Positions 19,354 to 28,562 of a stretch of DNA of 49,183 nucleotides are shown here, piece after piece (within the stretch, counting starts at the first letter, position 1; every line of letters starts with the position of its first letter). The DNA is taken from positions 1-49,183 of the forward strand of contig JANOAV010000167.1 of NCBI GenBank assembly GCA_031411295.1, written 5' to 3'. Both the position numbers and the translations under genes were made by a program. The notes under the pieces were generated by a model. That model saw only the letters and a program-made list of their open reading frames with translations, was not told where the DNA came from and searched no databases. Origin of the DNA: Verrucomicrobiales bacterium (GTDB lineage Bacteria > Verrucomicrobiota > Verrucomicrobiia > Verrucomicrobiales > V1-33).

Positions 19354-21867
19354 TCACCGTTTTCTCATAAGTCCAGACAGAGCCACAGCGCGGACGATGT
19401 CCTTGATTCGATATTGATTCTTCTTCGCTTCTGCTTGGATGACTTTGAGATCGTCCTGATCATCAAAAGCGAGGGCGCGGCGGAGACCGTAAGTGCAGAG
19501 GTGTTCGATGAAGGCTCGGGCGAGCTTATCGCTATCTTCCAGCAGCAGTCGTTTGAAATCACTGGCGTCCTTGAAAGCTCGGCCGTCGGGCATTTCACCA
19601 GCGGGATTGACCAACGGGTCCTCACCGACACCCGCTGGGACTTTCTCCCGCGTGCGCCATTGGCCGATGGCATCGTAGTTGTCCCACGCGAGGCCGAGCG
19701 GGTCGATCTTCGCGTGGCAGGCTGCACAGTTTGCGTTGTTGCGGTGCGCCTCCAGCTTGTCGCGAAGAGTTGCCTTGGGGCTTTTCGGTGGGTTAGGCTC
19801 AATGGCGGGCACGTTCGCTGGCGGCGGAGGCGGTGTCTTGCCTAGCACCACCTGGCTGAGCCAAACGCCACGATGCACCGGGCGGTGGCGCGTGCCATCC
19901 GAGGTCAGCCCGAGCACTGCGCCCATAGTTAGCAAGCCGCCACGATGATCTTCGGGCTTCAGCAATACCCGCTGGAAACTGCTCGCTTTCGGCTCCGGAA
20001 GTCCGTAGAAATCGCAGAGCCGACCATTGGCCATGGTCCAGTCGGACTCGATGAAGCTGTCGATGGAGAGGTTATTGACGAACATTTCCCGGAAAAACTC
20101 TACTGGCTCAGAGCGCATGCTAGTCTCCAACCACGCGTCGTAAGCAGGGTAGAGTTTCTTGTCAGGAGGGAACATGCCCACACGGTGCAGTTGCAGCCAC
20201 TGCCGCGCAAAATCTTCAATGAAGCGGCTGCTCCGGCTGTCCGTCAGCATCCGATCCACTTCCTGCTTCAGGCCCTCACCATTGAGCGTGCCGCCTTTGG
20301 CCGCCGTGGAAAGTCCATCGTCAGGCATCGAACTCCAGAGGAAATACGACAGCCGGGAAGCTAGTTCCCAGTCCGTGAGACGTTCGCGAGCCACTGGATC
20401 TCCCTCGACGAGGTAAATGAAGTTTCTGGAGGTAAGCACGCCCTGAATCGCCACCCGATACGCATCGGCCAGCTTCTCGCCCGCATCGCGCTCGGTGCGG
20501 TAGGATCGCAGATACTCCGCTAGTTCCTCCTGCTTCACTGGCCGACGCCAGGCGCGCTCGGCAAAGCGTTGCAGATGCTCAGCGACCACCTCAGGCGTCG
20601 CATCATCCGCAGGCACCACGCCCTTGCGTCGCGCCTTTTCCGACTCCGTTTCCAGCGGCCCTTCCCATTCAATCGAATCGAGCAGCACCGTGGAAAAAAG
20701 ACCGTTCCCCTTGTCGTCGAACATCTGGGGTGCGTTCGGACTCAGGAGCAGGGTGTCGCTGCTGTGCGTGAAAATATAACTGTCCCCGCCGAGCGCATTA
20801 CGGAAGGCCGCGCCCTGTCTGCGGTCCACTACATCCGTGGCCACCACACAGAAATCCAGCGATACAGGCATCTCAAGAAACACCTCGAACTCATACACCT
20901 GCGGACTGTCCTCCGGGGCCGTTAGGTCAAACTCGATCAACCCTTCCACCGTTTCCTCACCAGTCCGCTTGCCGATGCTGAGGTGGGCTGGTTGGCCGCC
21001 AAGCGGGCGGATCCCACTCGCCTGGATGCGCACTTTATAGAGCCCGCTGTGCTCCGGACCAGACTTGCCGAACCAGTTAGGCGACAGCGCGTTTTGCACC
21101 TGACCGGGAAAGAGCAGGTAACGCAGCGGCCGTTTGATACTGAAGCGATCCAGTGCCGCCTGCTGCTCCTTTCCGCCGTTGTAACGCAGTTCCGCAGCGG
21201 TCTTGCGGACTTTGCGCGCCTCGCCCGATGCCACCGGAAGGGCGCGGTCCAGCACCAGTTCCGCAGCCCGGTAGTAGCGATCCACATGCGAAGGCGAAAG
21301 CGAAAGCTCCGACCCGATGCGCTCAAACCCATGCCACAAAGTGTCTTCGTTCAGTTCCCCTGGCTTGGCAGGATCATAACGCACGCCGAGGAGATCATAG
21401 ACCGTATTTTGATATTCCTTCCGACTCAGCCGATAATGCGTCACAGGCGGACGGACCGCCATTCGTGCGGCCCGTCCCTCTTTGATCAGCGAATCAAGGT
21501 TTGTGACAAACGCCGCGATCTCCTCCTGCGTCGGCTTCTTCTCCTTCTTCGGAGGCATCTCGCCACTGTTGACCTTTTCGATGGATTCCGCCCATTGATG
21601 GCTGTCCGTGCCTAACTTAAAATCGCGCGAGAGTTGGTCCAGGCGCAAGTCGCCCTTCTCCTTGTCCGGTCCGTGGCAGCGGACGCAATGGTTCTCCAGG
21701 AAGGCTTCAAATGGTTCCGCTCCGTTGACGGCAGTAACCACGGCAAGGCTGGCAGTGAAGAGCAGGCAGTAACGGGAAATGGAAAGGAGCCCGGAGGACA
21801 TGATCGCAGCGCCCACCGATAAGAGTTGGCCGGAAGGGAGGTGGGCACGCGATTTTAGATTCATCAT
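19354..21867 (-). CDS. DUF1592 family planctomycete cytochrome c protein (copy 1)
   Basis: [44 protein letters not shown] and [12 protein letters not shown]. The exact start is uncertain. Confidence 0.9.
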   Translation of the reverse strand: MMNLKSRAHLPSGQLLSVGAAIMSSGLLSISRYCLLFTASLAVVTAVNGAEPFEAFLENHCVRCHGPDKEKGDLRLDQLSRDFKLGTDSHQWAESIEKVNSGEMPPKKEKKPTQEEIAAFVTNLDSLIKEGRAARMAVRPPVTHYRLSRKEYQNTVYDLLGVRYDPAKPGELNEDTLWHGFERIGSELSLSPSHVDRYYRAAELVLDRALPVASGEARKVRKTAAELRYNGGKEQQAALDRFSIKRPLRYLLFPGQVQNALSPNWFGKSGPEHSGLYKVRIQASGIRPLGGQPAHLSIGKRTGEETVEGLIEFDLTAPEDSPQVYEFEVFLEMPVSLDFCVVATDVVDRRQGAAFRNALGGDSYIFTHSSDTLLLSPNAPQMFDDKGNGLFSTVLLDSIEWEGPLETESEKARRKGVVPADDATPEVVAEHLQRFAERAWRRPVKQEELAEYLRSYRTERDAGEKLADAYRVAIQGVLTSRNFIYLVEGDPVARERLTDWELASRLSYFLWSSMPDDGLSTAAKGGTLNGEGLKQEVDRMLTDSRSSRFIEDFARQWLQLHRVGMFPPDKKLYPAYDAWLETSMRSEPVEFFREMFVNNLSIDSFIESDWTMANGRLCDFYGLPEPKASSFQRVLLKPEDHRGGLLTMGAVLGLTSDGTRHRPVHRGVWLSQVVLGKTPPPPPANVPAIEPNPPKSPKATLRDKLEAHRNNANCAACHAKIDPLGLAWDNYDAIGQWRTREKVPAGVGEDPLVNPAGEMPDGRAFKDASDFKRLLLEDSDKLARAFIEHLCTYGLRRALAFDDQDDLKVIQAEAKKNQYRIKDIVRAVALSGLMRKR

Positions 21868-21995
21868 GAGTAAAAGAGTTCGAGCCGCACCTTAACGGAC
21901 CGCTGCCCTGTCACAATCCCGACTTCGCGTGGTTCAGCGGGCGATTCCGCAGATAGGGGACTGGGCGGGAGGGGAAAGCCTTCTATGCTGACAAC

Positions 21996-23330
21996 ATGAA
22001 TTCCAAACTGTCATTGGCGATCGGTGCAATTTTATTTCTAGCAGGACTGCCGGTCCAGAGTAGGGCAGAGACTGTAAAGGACCGTGAGGGTGCGGTGCGC
22101 GGAGACAAGGCGGCCATCGAGAAGGATGCCCGGTGGATCTATAACGATGTGGATCAAGGATTCGCAGAAGCAAAGCGCTCGGGGCGTCCGTTGTTGGTGG
22201 TGCTACGTTGCGTGCCGTGTTTATCCTGTGCTGGCATAGATGCTTCGGTGTTAGCCGAACCCAACCTAAGTCCCTGGTTGGATAAATTTGTCTGTGTGCG
22301 GATCATCAATGCCAATGCCTTGGATTTGCAGCGTTTTCAGTTCGATTATGACCTCTCTTTCTCCACCCTCTTCTTCAATGGTGATGGGACGATTTATGGC
22401 CGATACGGCTCGTGGACGCATCAGAAGGATCCACTGGAAAAGAGCACTGCGGGCTTCTTGGAAGCGCTCAAAGGCGCGTTGAAATTACACGAAGGCTATC
22501 CCAAAAACCGCGCGAGTCTGGCGGGCAAACAAGGCGGGGCCACACCTTTCAAAACACCATTGGAAATCCCCTCGCTCACGGGCAAATATTTCCGGGACTT
22601 GGATTGGCAGGGAAAAGTCGTTCAGAGTTGTGTCCATTGCCATCAGATAGGTGACGCCTTCCGCGAATCCTTCCGGCGTCAGCGTGAGCCGATTCCGGAT
22701 CAGTGGATCTACCCTCAGCCAAGCCCGGAGACGCTGGGATTAAGTCTGGCGGCAGATCAGGCTGCTATGGTTAGTGAGGTAATGCCGGATTCCATCGCGA
22801 CCCGGTCCGGACTAAAGGTGGGGGATCGGATCCTGAGTTTCGGAGGACAACCATTGCTTTCGCCTGCGGATTTCCGTTGGGTCCTGCATCGAGCCGAGCA
22901 CGAGGCAGCATTACCATTGAGCGTGGAACGGGCAGGGAAGGAGATTCCCCTAACGGTAAATTTACCGGCGGGGTGGCGCCATTTGACTGACATCTCGAAA
23001 AGGGTTGGCACCTGGCAAATGCGCGGCATGGCCACGGGCGGATTGGTTCTGGAGGACTTGGCCGCACCGGAACGGGAGCCGCGCAAACTGGATCCGTCGA
23101 AATTGGCATTGTTCGTGAAATTTGTCGGACAATACAATCAACATGCTGCAGCCAAAAATGCCGGTTTTCAGAAAGAGGATATCATCATCGCCTTGGACGG
23201 AAAGTCCGATCGACTAACAGAGGGTCAACTTATGGGTCAACTGCTGCAAACCAAAATGCCTGGCGAAAAGATCTCCGCCACGGTTTTGCGCGGTAAGGCC
23301 ACGCTGGAACTCATGTTGCCCATGCAATGA
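21996..23330 (+). CDS. thioredoxin-like (Trx7)/PDZ domain protein with a CxxCH motif
   Basis: Signal peptide, then AKRSGRPLLVVLRCVPC, CVHCH, and two PDZ-like segments (SIATRSGLKVGDRILSFGG; AAKNAGFQKEDIIIALDG). Confidence 0.85.
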   Translation: MNSKLSLAIGAILFLAGLPVQSRAETVKDREGAVRGDKAAIEKDARWIYNDVDQGFAEAKRSGRPLLVVLRCVPCLSCAGIDASVLAEPNLSPWLDKFVCVRIINANALDLQRFQFDYDLSFSTLFFNGDGTIYGRYGSWTHQKDPLEKSTAGFLEALKGALKLHEGYPKNRASLAGKQGGATPFKTPLEIPSLTGKYFRDLDWQGKVVQSCVHCHQIGDAFRESFRRQREPIPDQWIYPQPSPETLGLSLAADQAAMVSEVMPDSIATRSGLKVGDRILSFGGQPLLSPADFRWVLHRAEHEAALPLSVERAGKEIPLTVNLPAGWRHLTDISKRVGTWQMRGMATGGLVLEDLAAPEREPRKLDPSKLALFVKFVGQYNQHAAAKNAGFQKEDIIIALDGKSDRLTEGQLMGQLLQTKMPGEKISATVLRGKATLELMLPMQ

Positions 23331-23348
23331 TGCAGTTCGCGTAGTATG

Positions 23349-24605
23349 CTAGGGCGATGATCCGATACACCACAGATGCTGGTAGGATCGAATGAACAAT
23401 TGTCCATCGGAAACAGCGATCGATCCGATGACCTTCTCTCCCAGGGGATTGGTCGCTAGCAACTCAAACTTTGGGGCCGCCCGGAAGATGAACCCATCCC
23501 CGCCTTGGTTGACGGCATACAGTCGATCCCCGGATCTCACGAGCGATGACCAATTCTGCCCGGTGGTTCCGTTTCCTTTGAGTCGCTCTTCCCAGACGAT
23601 TTTACCATCCGCCAGCGAGCGACACTCTGCGACCCCGGGATCTGTTAGAATATAGCTGTATCCTTCGAAGATGACGGGAGAGCCAATGCGTTGCCTAGTC
23701 TTCTCGGCTTGCCAGAGTCGGGATGCGGTGCTGTCACCAGTGCCACCCATTTTTACGGCCAGGGACGTTCCGCCATAACCACTCATGCCCAGAACCATAT
23801 CGTCTGCGATCACGGGAGAGGTGTAAACCAATGCGGTGAGCCCCGCACAACGCCATAGCTCCTTGCCCGTGTTAAGATCATGGGCCGCAATGCGTTCCGG
23901 CCAGGTCATGATGAGTTCCTCGTGCTTGCCAAGCCGACAGAGCACCGGATCACTCCAAGAGCCAATCCATTGGGGCTTTCCTCCACCTGTTGGTGGTTCG
24001 CCCGAGGGCCCCGCTGCATCGTATTTCCAGAGCGTTTCACCATTGCTTTTTTGAAGACAATAGAGCGCAGCCTGCGGGCCCGGACCGAAGTTGAGGAAAA
24101 TCTTTTCCCCGGCCAACACGGGCGACGCTCCGCCTCCCCAGATGTGGCGCTGTTCGCCCAGATCTCGATGCCATCGCAGCTTCCCGGCAAAGTCCACCGC
24201 ATCCACACCCGCGGAACCAAAACAAGCGATCACCAATTCGCCATCCGTCACGGGTGAGCTTCCGCAGTAGGGATTCGTCTCGTGAGTCAGTTCAGGTTTG
24301 CTGCAACTGACGGTGTGCCGCCAAAGTTCCCGACCATCCTTTCGATCGAAGCAAAGCAAATGCCGCTTGGTTCCTTTATCCGTGGCCTGCGTTAGGAAAA
24401 CGCGGTCCCGCCAAATGATGGGCGTGGAGTTTCCACCCTCCGGCAGCGGGGTTTTCCAGACCACATGCTCCGTGGCCGACCACTTCATGGGCAGGTCAGT
24501 CTCCGTCGTGACCCCATTGGCCCTAGGCCCCCGCCAAGCGGGCCAGTTGTCCGCATGGGAGATAGCACAGAGACTGACTAGCAGGAAAATAATTGACTTT
24601 TTCAT
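23349..24605 (-). CDS. PQQ-binding-like beta-propeller repeat protein
   Basis: DNWPAWRGP, repeated SP....(D)G...W blades, and C-terminal GQLFIRSYQHLWCIG. Confidence 0.9.
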   Translation of the reverse strand: MKKSIIFLLVSLCAISHADNWPAWRGPRANGVTTETDLPMKWSATEHVVWKTPLPEGGNSTPIIWRDRVFLTQATDKGTKRHLLCFDRKDGRELWRHTVSCSKPELTHETNPYCGSSPVTDGELVIACFGSAGVDAVDFAGKLRWHRDLGEQRHIWGGGASPVLAGEKIFLNFGPGPQAALYCLQKSNGETLWKYDAAGPSGEPPTGGGKPQWIGSWSDPVLCRLGKHEELIMTWPERIAAHDLNTGKELWRCAGLTALVYTSPVIADDMVLGMSGYGGTSLAVKMGGTGDSTASRLWQAEKTRQRIGSPVIFEGYSYILTDPGVAECRSLADGKIVWEERLKGNGTTGQNWSSLVRSGDRLYAVNQGGDGFIFRAAPKFELLATNPLGEKVIGSIAVSDGQLFIRSYQHLWCIGSSP

Positions 24606-24643
24606 GGGGGCGGTGGTTTGAATTATATGAATGCCGCACGCGT

Positions 24644-25927
24644 TCAGCTAGCTCCCAGGCCGGTGAGCGTTCCGGTGCTGGAACCGAAGGCATCGGTTTC
24701 CACGCCCAGTTGCTGAAGCATGGAAACATAGAGATTGCACAGCGGGGTGTTCTTGTCGGCGTTGAAAGCGGTGTGCTGTCCGAGTTTGAATCCGCCTCCT
24801 GCCAACAGGATCGGGAGATTCCGCGTATCGTGGGAGTTTGCGTTGCCGAGGTTGCTACCGAACATGACCATGGTGTCGTCCAAGAGCGGGGCGCCCGCTT
24901 CGCGCTTGGCTTTGAGTTTACCTAGCAGGTTGTTGAAGACTCGGAATTGCTCGGTTTCGATGAGGCGGAGTTGGGCGATTTTTTCCGGCTCCTGGCCGTG
25001 GTGGGAGAGGTTGTGATGATCAATGGTCACTCCCTTGACGGGCGGCACGGCATTGGCTCCCTGCAGGAAAATGGTGATCAGCCGCGTCGAGTCCGTTTGC
25101 AGTGCCAGGGGAATGAGATCGAACAAGAGTTGCATGCGACCAATGAGATCGTTGCCTTCGGTGATATCGCGCGGGGCTTTGGCGTCTATTTTGGGCTTGG
25201 GTTGCTGCACCCAGGCTTCGGACTTCACCAGCTTCTGTTCCAGTTCGCGAACGGAGGTGAAATACTCGTCCAGCTTATCTTTATCCGCCGCACAGGCTCG
25301 ATTGATAAAGGCCCGGGCCTCCTCCTGCACCGTATCCATGATGCTCTGGCCTTCGGTTAGTTGCTGGACCTGCTGCTTCACTTCGGCAGCGGTGCCCTCA
25401 AGGAAAAGTTTGGCAAAGACATGCGAAGGGCGACTCTCGGCGGGGATCATGACCCCGCCGCGATTGTAAGATAAGCTGGGCGATCCGGTGCCCAGCACCA
25501 GTGAAGGATAGCGGGTCTGCAGCCCGATCTTTTCTGCCGCCAACTGGTCCAGTGAAACTGTGTTCTTGAAGCCCCCAAGGCCGGGAAACTTGGCGGACGT
25601 CAGCCATGTCATTTCCGAAGTGTGTCCATTCGCTCCATTCTGATCAGGATGGGACAGCCCGGAAAAGAGCGTGAAATCCCGGCGATGCTCACCCAGCATT
25701 TCCAGATAGGGCGTCAGGGCATAATCCACGCCCGTTTCACCTGGGAAAAGAAACGGAGCATGGATACCTAACGAGGTGCAGATGCAGACCATCTTCTTGC
25801 CGGAGGGCGCATCAGCCGCCGCACTGGCTTTCGGCAGAAAGGCGTCCAACAACGGCAGGGCAAGTGTCACGCCTGCGCCACGAAGGAAGCGACGACGTGG
25901 CATGTTAGTTTGGAAGTGGGCATTCAT
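24644..25927 (-). CDS. DUF1552 family protein (copy 2)
   Basis: Tat motif PRRRFLRGAG, VSLDQLAA, LALQTDSTRL, HHNLSHHG and NLPILLAGG. ATG 25927 preferred. Confidence 0.9.
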   Translation of the reverse strand: MNAHFQTNMPRRRFLRGAGVTLALPLLDAFLPKASAAADAPSGKKMVCICTSLGIHAPFLFPGETGVDYALTPYLEMLGEHRRDFTLFSGLSHPDQNGANGHTSEMTWLTSAKFPGLGGFKNTVSLDQLAAEKIGLQTRYPSLVLGTGSPSLSYNRGGVMIPAESRPSHVFAKLFLEGTAAEVKQQVQQLTEGQSIMDTVQEEARAFINRACAADKDKLDEYFTSVRELEQKLVKSEAWVQQPKPKIDAKAPRDITEGNDLIGRMQLLFDLIPLALQTDSTRLITIFLQGANAVPPVKGVTIDHHNLSHHGQEPEKIAQLRLIETEQFRVFNNLLGKLKAKREAGAPLLDDTMVMFGSNLGNANSHDTRNLPILLAGGGFKLGQHTAFNADKNTPLCNLYVSMLQQLGVETDAFGSSTGTLTGLGAS

Positions 25928-25955
25928 GACTGGATTGCTGGTTAGGATTGCTGGG

Positions 25956-28394
25956 CTATTTTTTCTGAAAAACGTCACTCTGAACGATTTCGTGGATGAG
26001 GGTGCGCAGGCCGCCGCCGCTGGCTTTGCGGTGGGTAAGGATGGTCTCGACAGTGGCCCGGTCGGAAAACTGCAAGCCCGCTCCGGTGGCATAGACCAGC
26101 AGGTTGCGCGTGAGTTGACGCACCACTTGATCTTCGCGTGCTAACAGCAGTGGCCTGAAGTCATCGATGCCGGTGAATTTCTGTCCGTCTGGCATTTCGC
26201 CTGTGGCATCCACCGGTTTACCGAGCCGATATTCCCAGATGTTGCGGCCGTGAAATTTCACTTGGGCAGCGTCACCTTTCTCGCTCCGATAGCGGTCTCT
26301 CCAGCCACCGATAGCATCGAAATTCTCCAAGGCAAAGCCGGGCGGATCCATGCGGGTGTGGCAAGTGGCGCAGGCGGGCAGCGCTCGGTGTTTGGCGAGT
26401 TGTTCCCGAATCGTCGTCGCGCCACGAGTGTCCGGCTCGAAGCGTGGCACATCCGCCGGGGGCGGTGGCAGCGGCTCTCCCAGCAATTTCTTGGCGACCC
26501 AGGCGCCCCGAATCACGGGGGACGTGGAGGTTCCATTGGCGGTCACTTTGAGAATACTAGCCTGGGTGAGCAGCCCTCCCCGATGGCTGTCCGCTGGCAC
26601 GGCCACGCGCCGGAAGTCCTCTCCATTGATTCCAGTGATGCCATAGTGTTGGGCTAGAAGTCGGTTGAGCATGATGAAATCCGACTGGATCAGATTTCGC
26701 AAGGGAAGGTCATCCCGCAGCATCAACGTGAAGAACGAACGGGTCTCCGTGAGCATGGCCGCCTTGAGCATGTCATCAAACTCCGGATACAGTTTCCGAT
26801 CCGGTTGCGTGAAATCGATCTGCCGCAAATCAAGCCACTGGCCGGTGAAATTTTCCAAAAAAGCATCGGCCCGCGGTGAGTTTAGCAGTCGCTCCACTTG
26901 GCTCCGCAGGACGTCCGGCTGATGCAGTGTGCCCATTTTCGCCAGTCCGCTGAGTTCCTCATCCGGGCACGTGCTCCAGAGGAAATAGGAGAGTCGAGAG
27001 GCGAGCGCCCAATCATCGAGTTTGCCTAACGGATCTGGTCGTTCTTCAAAAAACAAGAAGCCTGGGCTCGTGAGCACTGCGCGGAACGCGACCCGCATGG
27101 CGTCCTCGAACGACTTGCCGGCCGCGAGTCCGGCTCGGGCAAGTTTCACATAGCGGCTGATTTCCTCCGGCGTGACTGGGCGGCGGAACGCCCGTGGGAG
27201 GAAGGATTCCAATACTTGCTGTGCAGCCGCAGGCGGGTCCGTGACGTCCAGCGTGAAGGCGGGCCCGCGTCCGTCCGGCTTAGCGGTGCCAACGGGTTTG
27301 ATCTTTAGGTCGCCAAACAATTGGGCGACTCCAGGAGGCGGCCACGATTTCAGTAACGGCCCCTCCACTTCCACCCATTCGACAGCGATGCCCCGGCCCG
27401 GATAACTTCCCGCATCGTGACCGTAGAGTGCCAGGCCCGTTTCATTGTAGTTGGTATCGAAGGGTTTTATTTCCAGCAACTCTCCCTGTTCGATGCTGGC
27501 CGTGACTTCCACCTCACGTCTCCCGTCGGCCGGTAAATCAAAGTAACCTAACAGGCGCTTCGTTTTGAAATTCGTCGCATACAGCTTGATCCACGTGGGC
27601 CGGCCTGCGGCCTGATACGACCAACACGAGACTCGGAGGCGATACTGGCCTCGCGTTTTAAAAACGAACTGCCGCATCGTGCTGGGCGAGTTATCGTCAA
27701 AGATCACCACGGCGTCTGGTAAAATCTTGAAGGTCTTTGGCTTATCGGCGGGCTTCTTTTGGTCATCCGTGACGCTTTCCTCGTCCTGATAGCGAAATTT
27801 ACGATGCACCGCCTCCGGCTGCTTCCGCAGATCCAGAGCCGCCGTTATGGCCGCATCCGCTGCGCCCAGGAACTGCTCCATATGCAGTGACGAGAGCCGC
27901 AAGCCTTCCGCCACATTGTCGAAACCGTGGGCTGCTGCGTCCTCTGGCAGAAAGTATTGCAGCGGCAAATCTATTGCTAGTAAGTCGTGCAGGGTATTTT
28001 CATACTCCACGCGATTCAGCCGTCGCAGCACCACGCGCCCCTCCTGTCGTTGCTTTGCCAGATTCGCTGCGTGGAGTTCCGCCCCCAGAGCTTTGACGAA
28101 GGCTCCGCGGGCCGCTGGATCCGGTTGGTCTGGCTCCTTCGGCGGTGGCATCTCATTGCTTTCCACCCGATCAAATACAGGGACCCATCGCTCGAACGTC
28201 GGTCGATCCTCCGGAGTCCATTTAAGAGCCGACAAATCGAGCCCGCCTTTTTTGGTTTCGGCATCATGGCAGGAAACGCAGTTCTGCTGGAGAAAGGCAG
28301 CGTGATCAGCAGCCCGAACGTCAGTCGCGTGGGGCAACCAAGCCATGCAGAGGATGGCGAAAAGAGGAAATGGAAGGTTCGGGTGCAACACCAC
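25956..28394 (-). CDS. DUF1592 family planctomycete cytochrome c protein (copy 2)
   Basis: [32 protein letters not shown] and CATCHTRMDPPG. The start is uncertain (GTG 28394/28391 or ATG 28346). Confidence 0.9.
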   Translation of the reverse strand: MVLHPNLPFPLFAILCMAWLPHATDVRAADHAAFLQQNCVSCHDAETKKGGLDLSALKWTPEDRPTFERWVPVFDRVESNEMPPPKEPDQPDPAARGAFVKALGAELHAANLAKQRQEGRVVLRRLNRVEYENTLHDLLAIDLPLQYFLPEDAAAHGFDNVAEGLRLSSLHMEQFLGAADAAITAALDLRKQPEAVHRKFRYQDEESVTDDQKKPADKPKTFKILPDAVVIFDDNSPSTMRQFVFKTRGQYRLRVSCWSYQAAGRPTWIKLYATNFKTKRLLGYFDLPADGRREVEVTASIEQGELLEIKPFDTNYNETGLALYGHDAGSYPGRGIAVEWVEVEGPLLKSWPPPGVAQLFGDLKIKPVGTAKPDGRGPAFTLDVTDPPAAAQQVLESFLPRAFRRPVTPEEISRYVKLARAGLAAGKSFEDAMRVAFRAVLTSPGFLFFEERPDPLGKLDDWALASRLSYFLWSTCPDEELSGLAKMGTLHQPDVLRSQVERLLNSPRADAFLENFTGQWLDLRQIDFTQPDRKLYPEFDDMLKAAMLTETRSFFTLMLRDDLPLRNLIQSDFIMLNRLLAQHYGITGINGEDFRRVAVPADSHRGGLLTQASILKVTANGTSTSPVIRGAWVAKKLLGEPLPPPPADVPRFEPDTRGATTIREQLAKHRALPACATCHTRMDPPGFALENFDAIGGWRDRYRSEKGDAAQVKFHGRNIWEYRLGKPVDATGEMPDGQKFTGIDDFRPLLLAREDQVVRQLTRNLLVYATGAGLQFSDRATVETILTHRKASGGGLRTLIHEIVQSDVFQKK

Positions 28395-28562
28395 CAGTGG
28401 ATAGAAGGCCGGGAATTGCGTCAAGTCTGGAATCCCCCCTGTTGGCGTTGCGGGAGTTACGTGCTGGGCGCACGATGGTAGCCAGGAGGCATGCGACAAG
28501 CATTGACAGCGCTGGGCATTTCTGGTTTGCTCACTGAGCCCTGCGGGCTTCCCCCCTATCCT

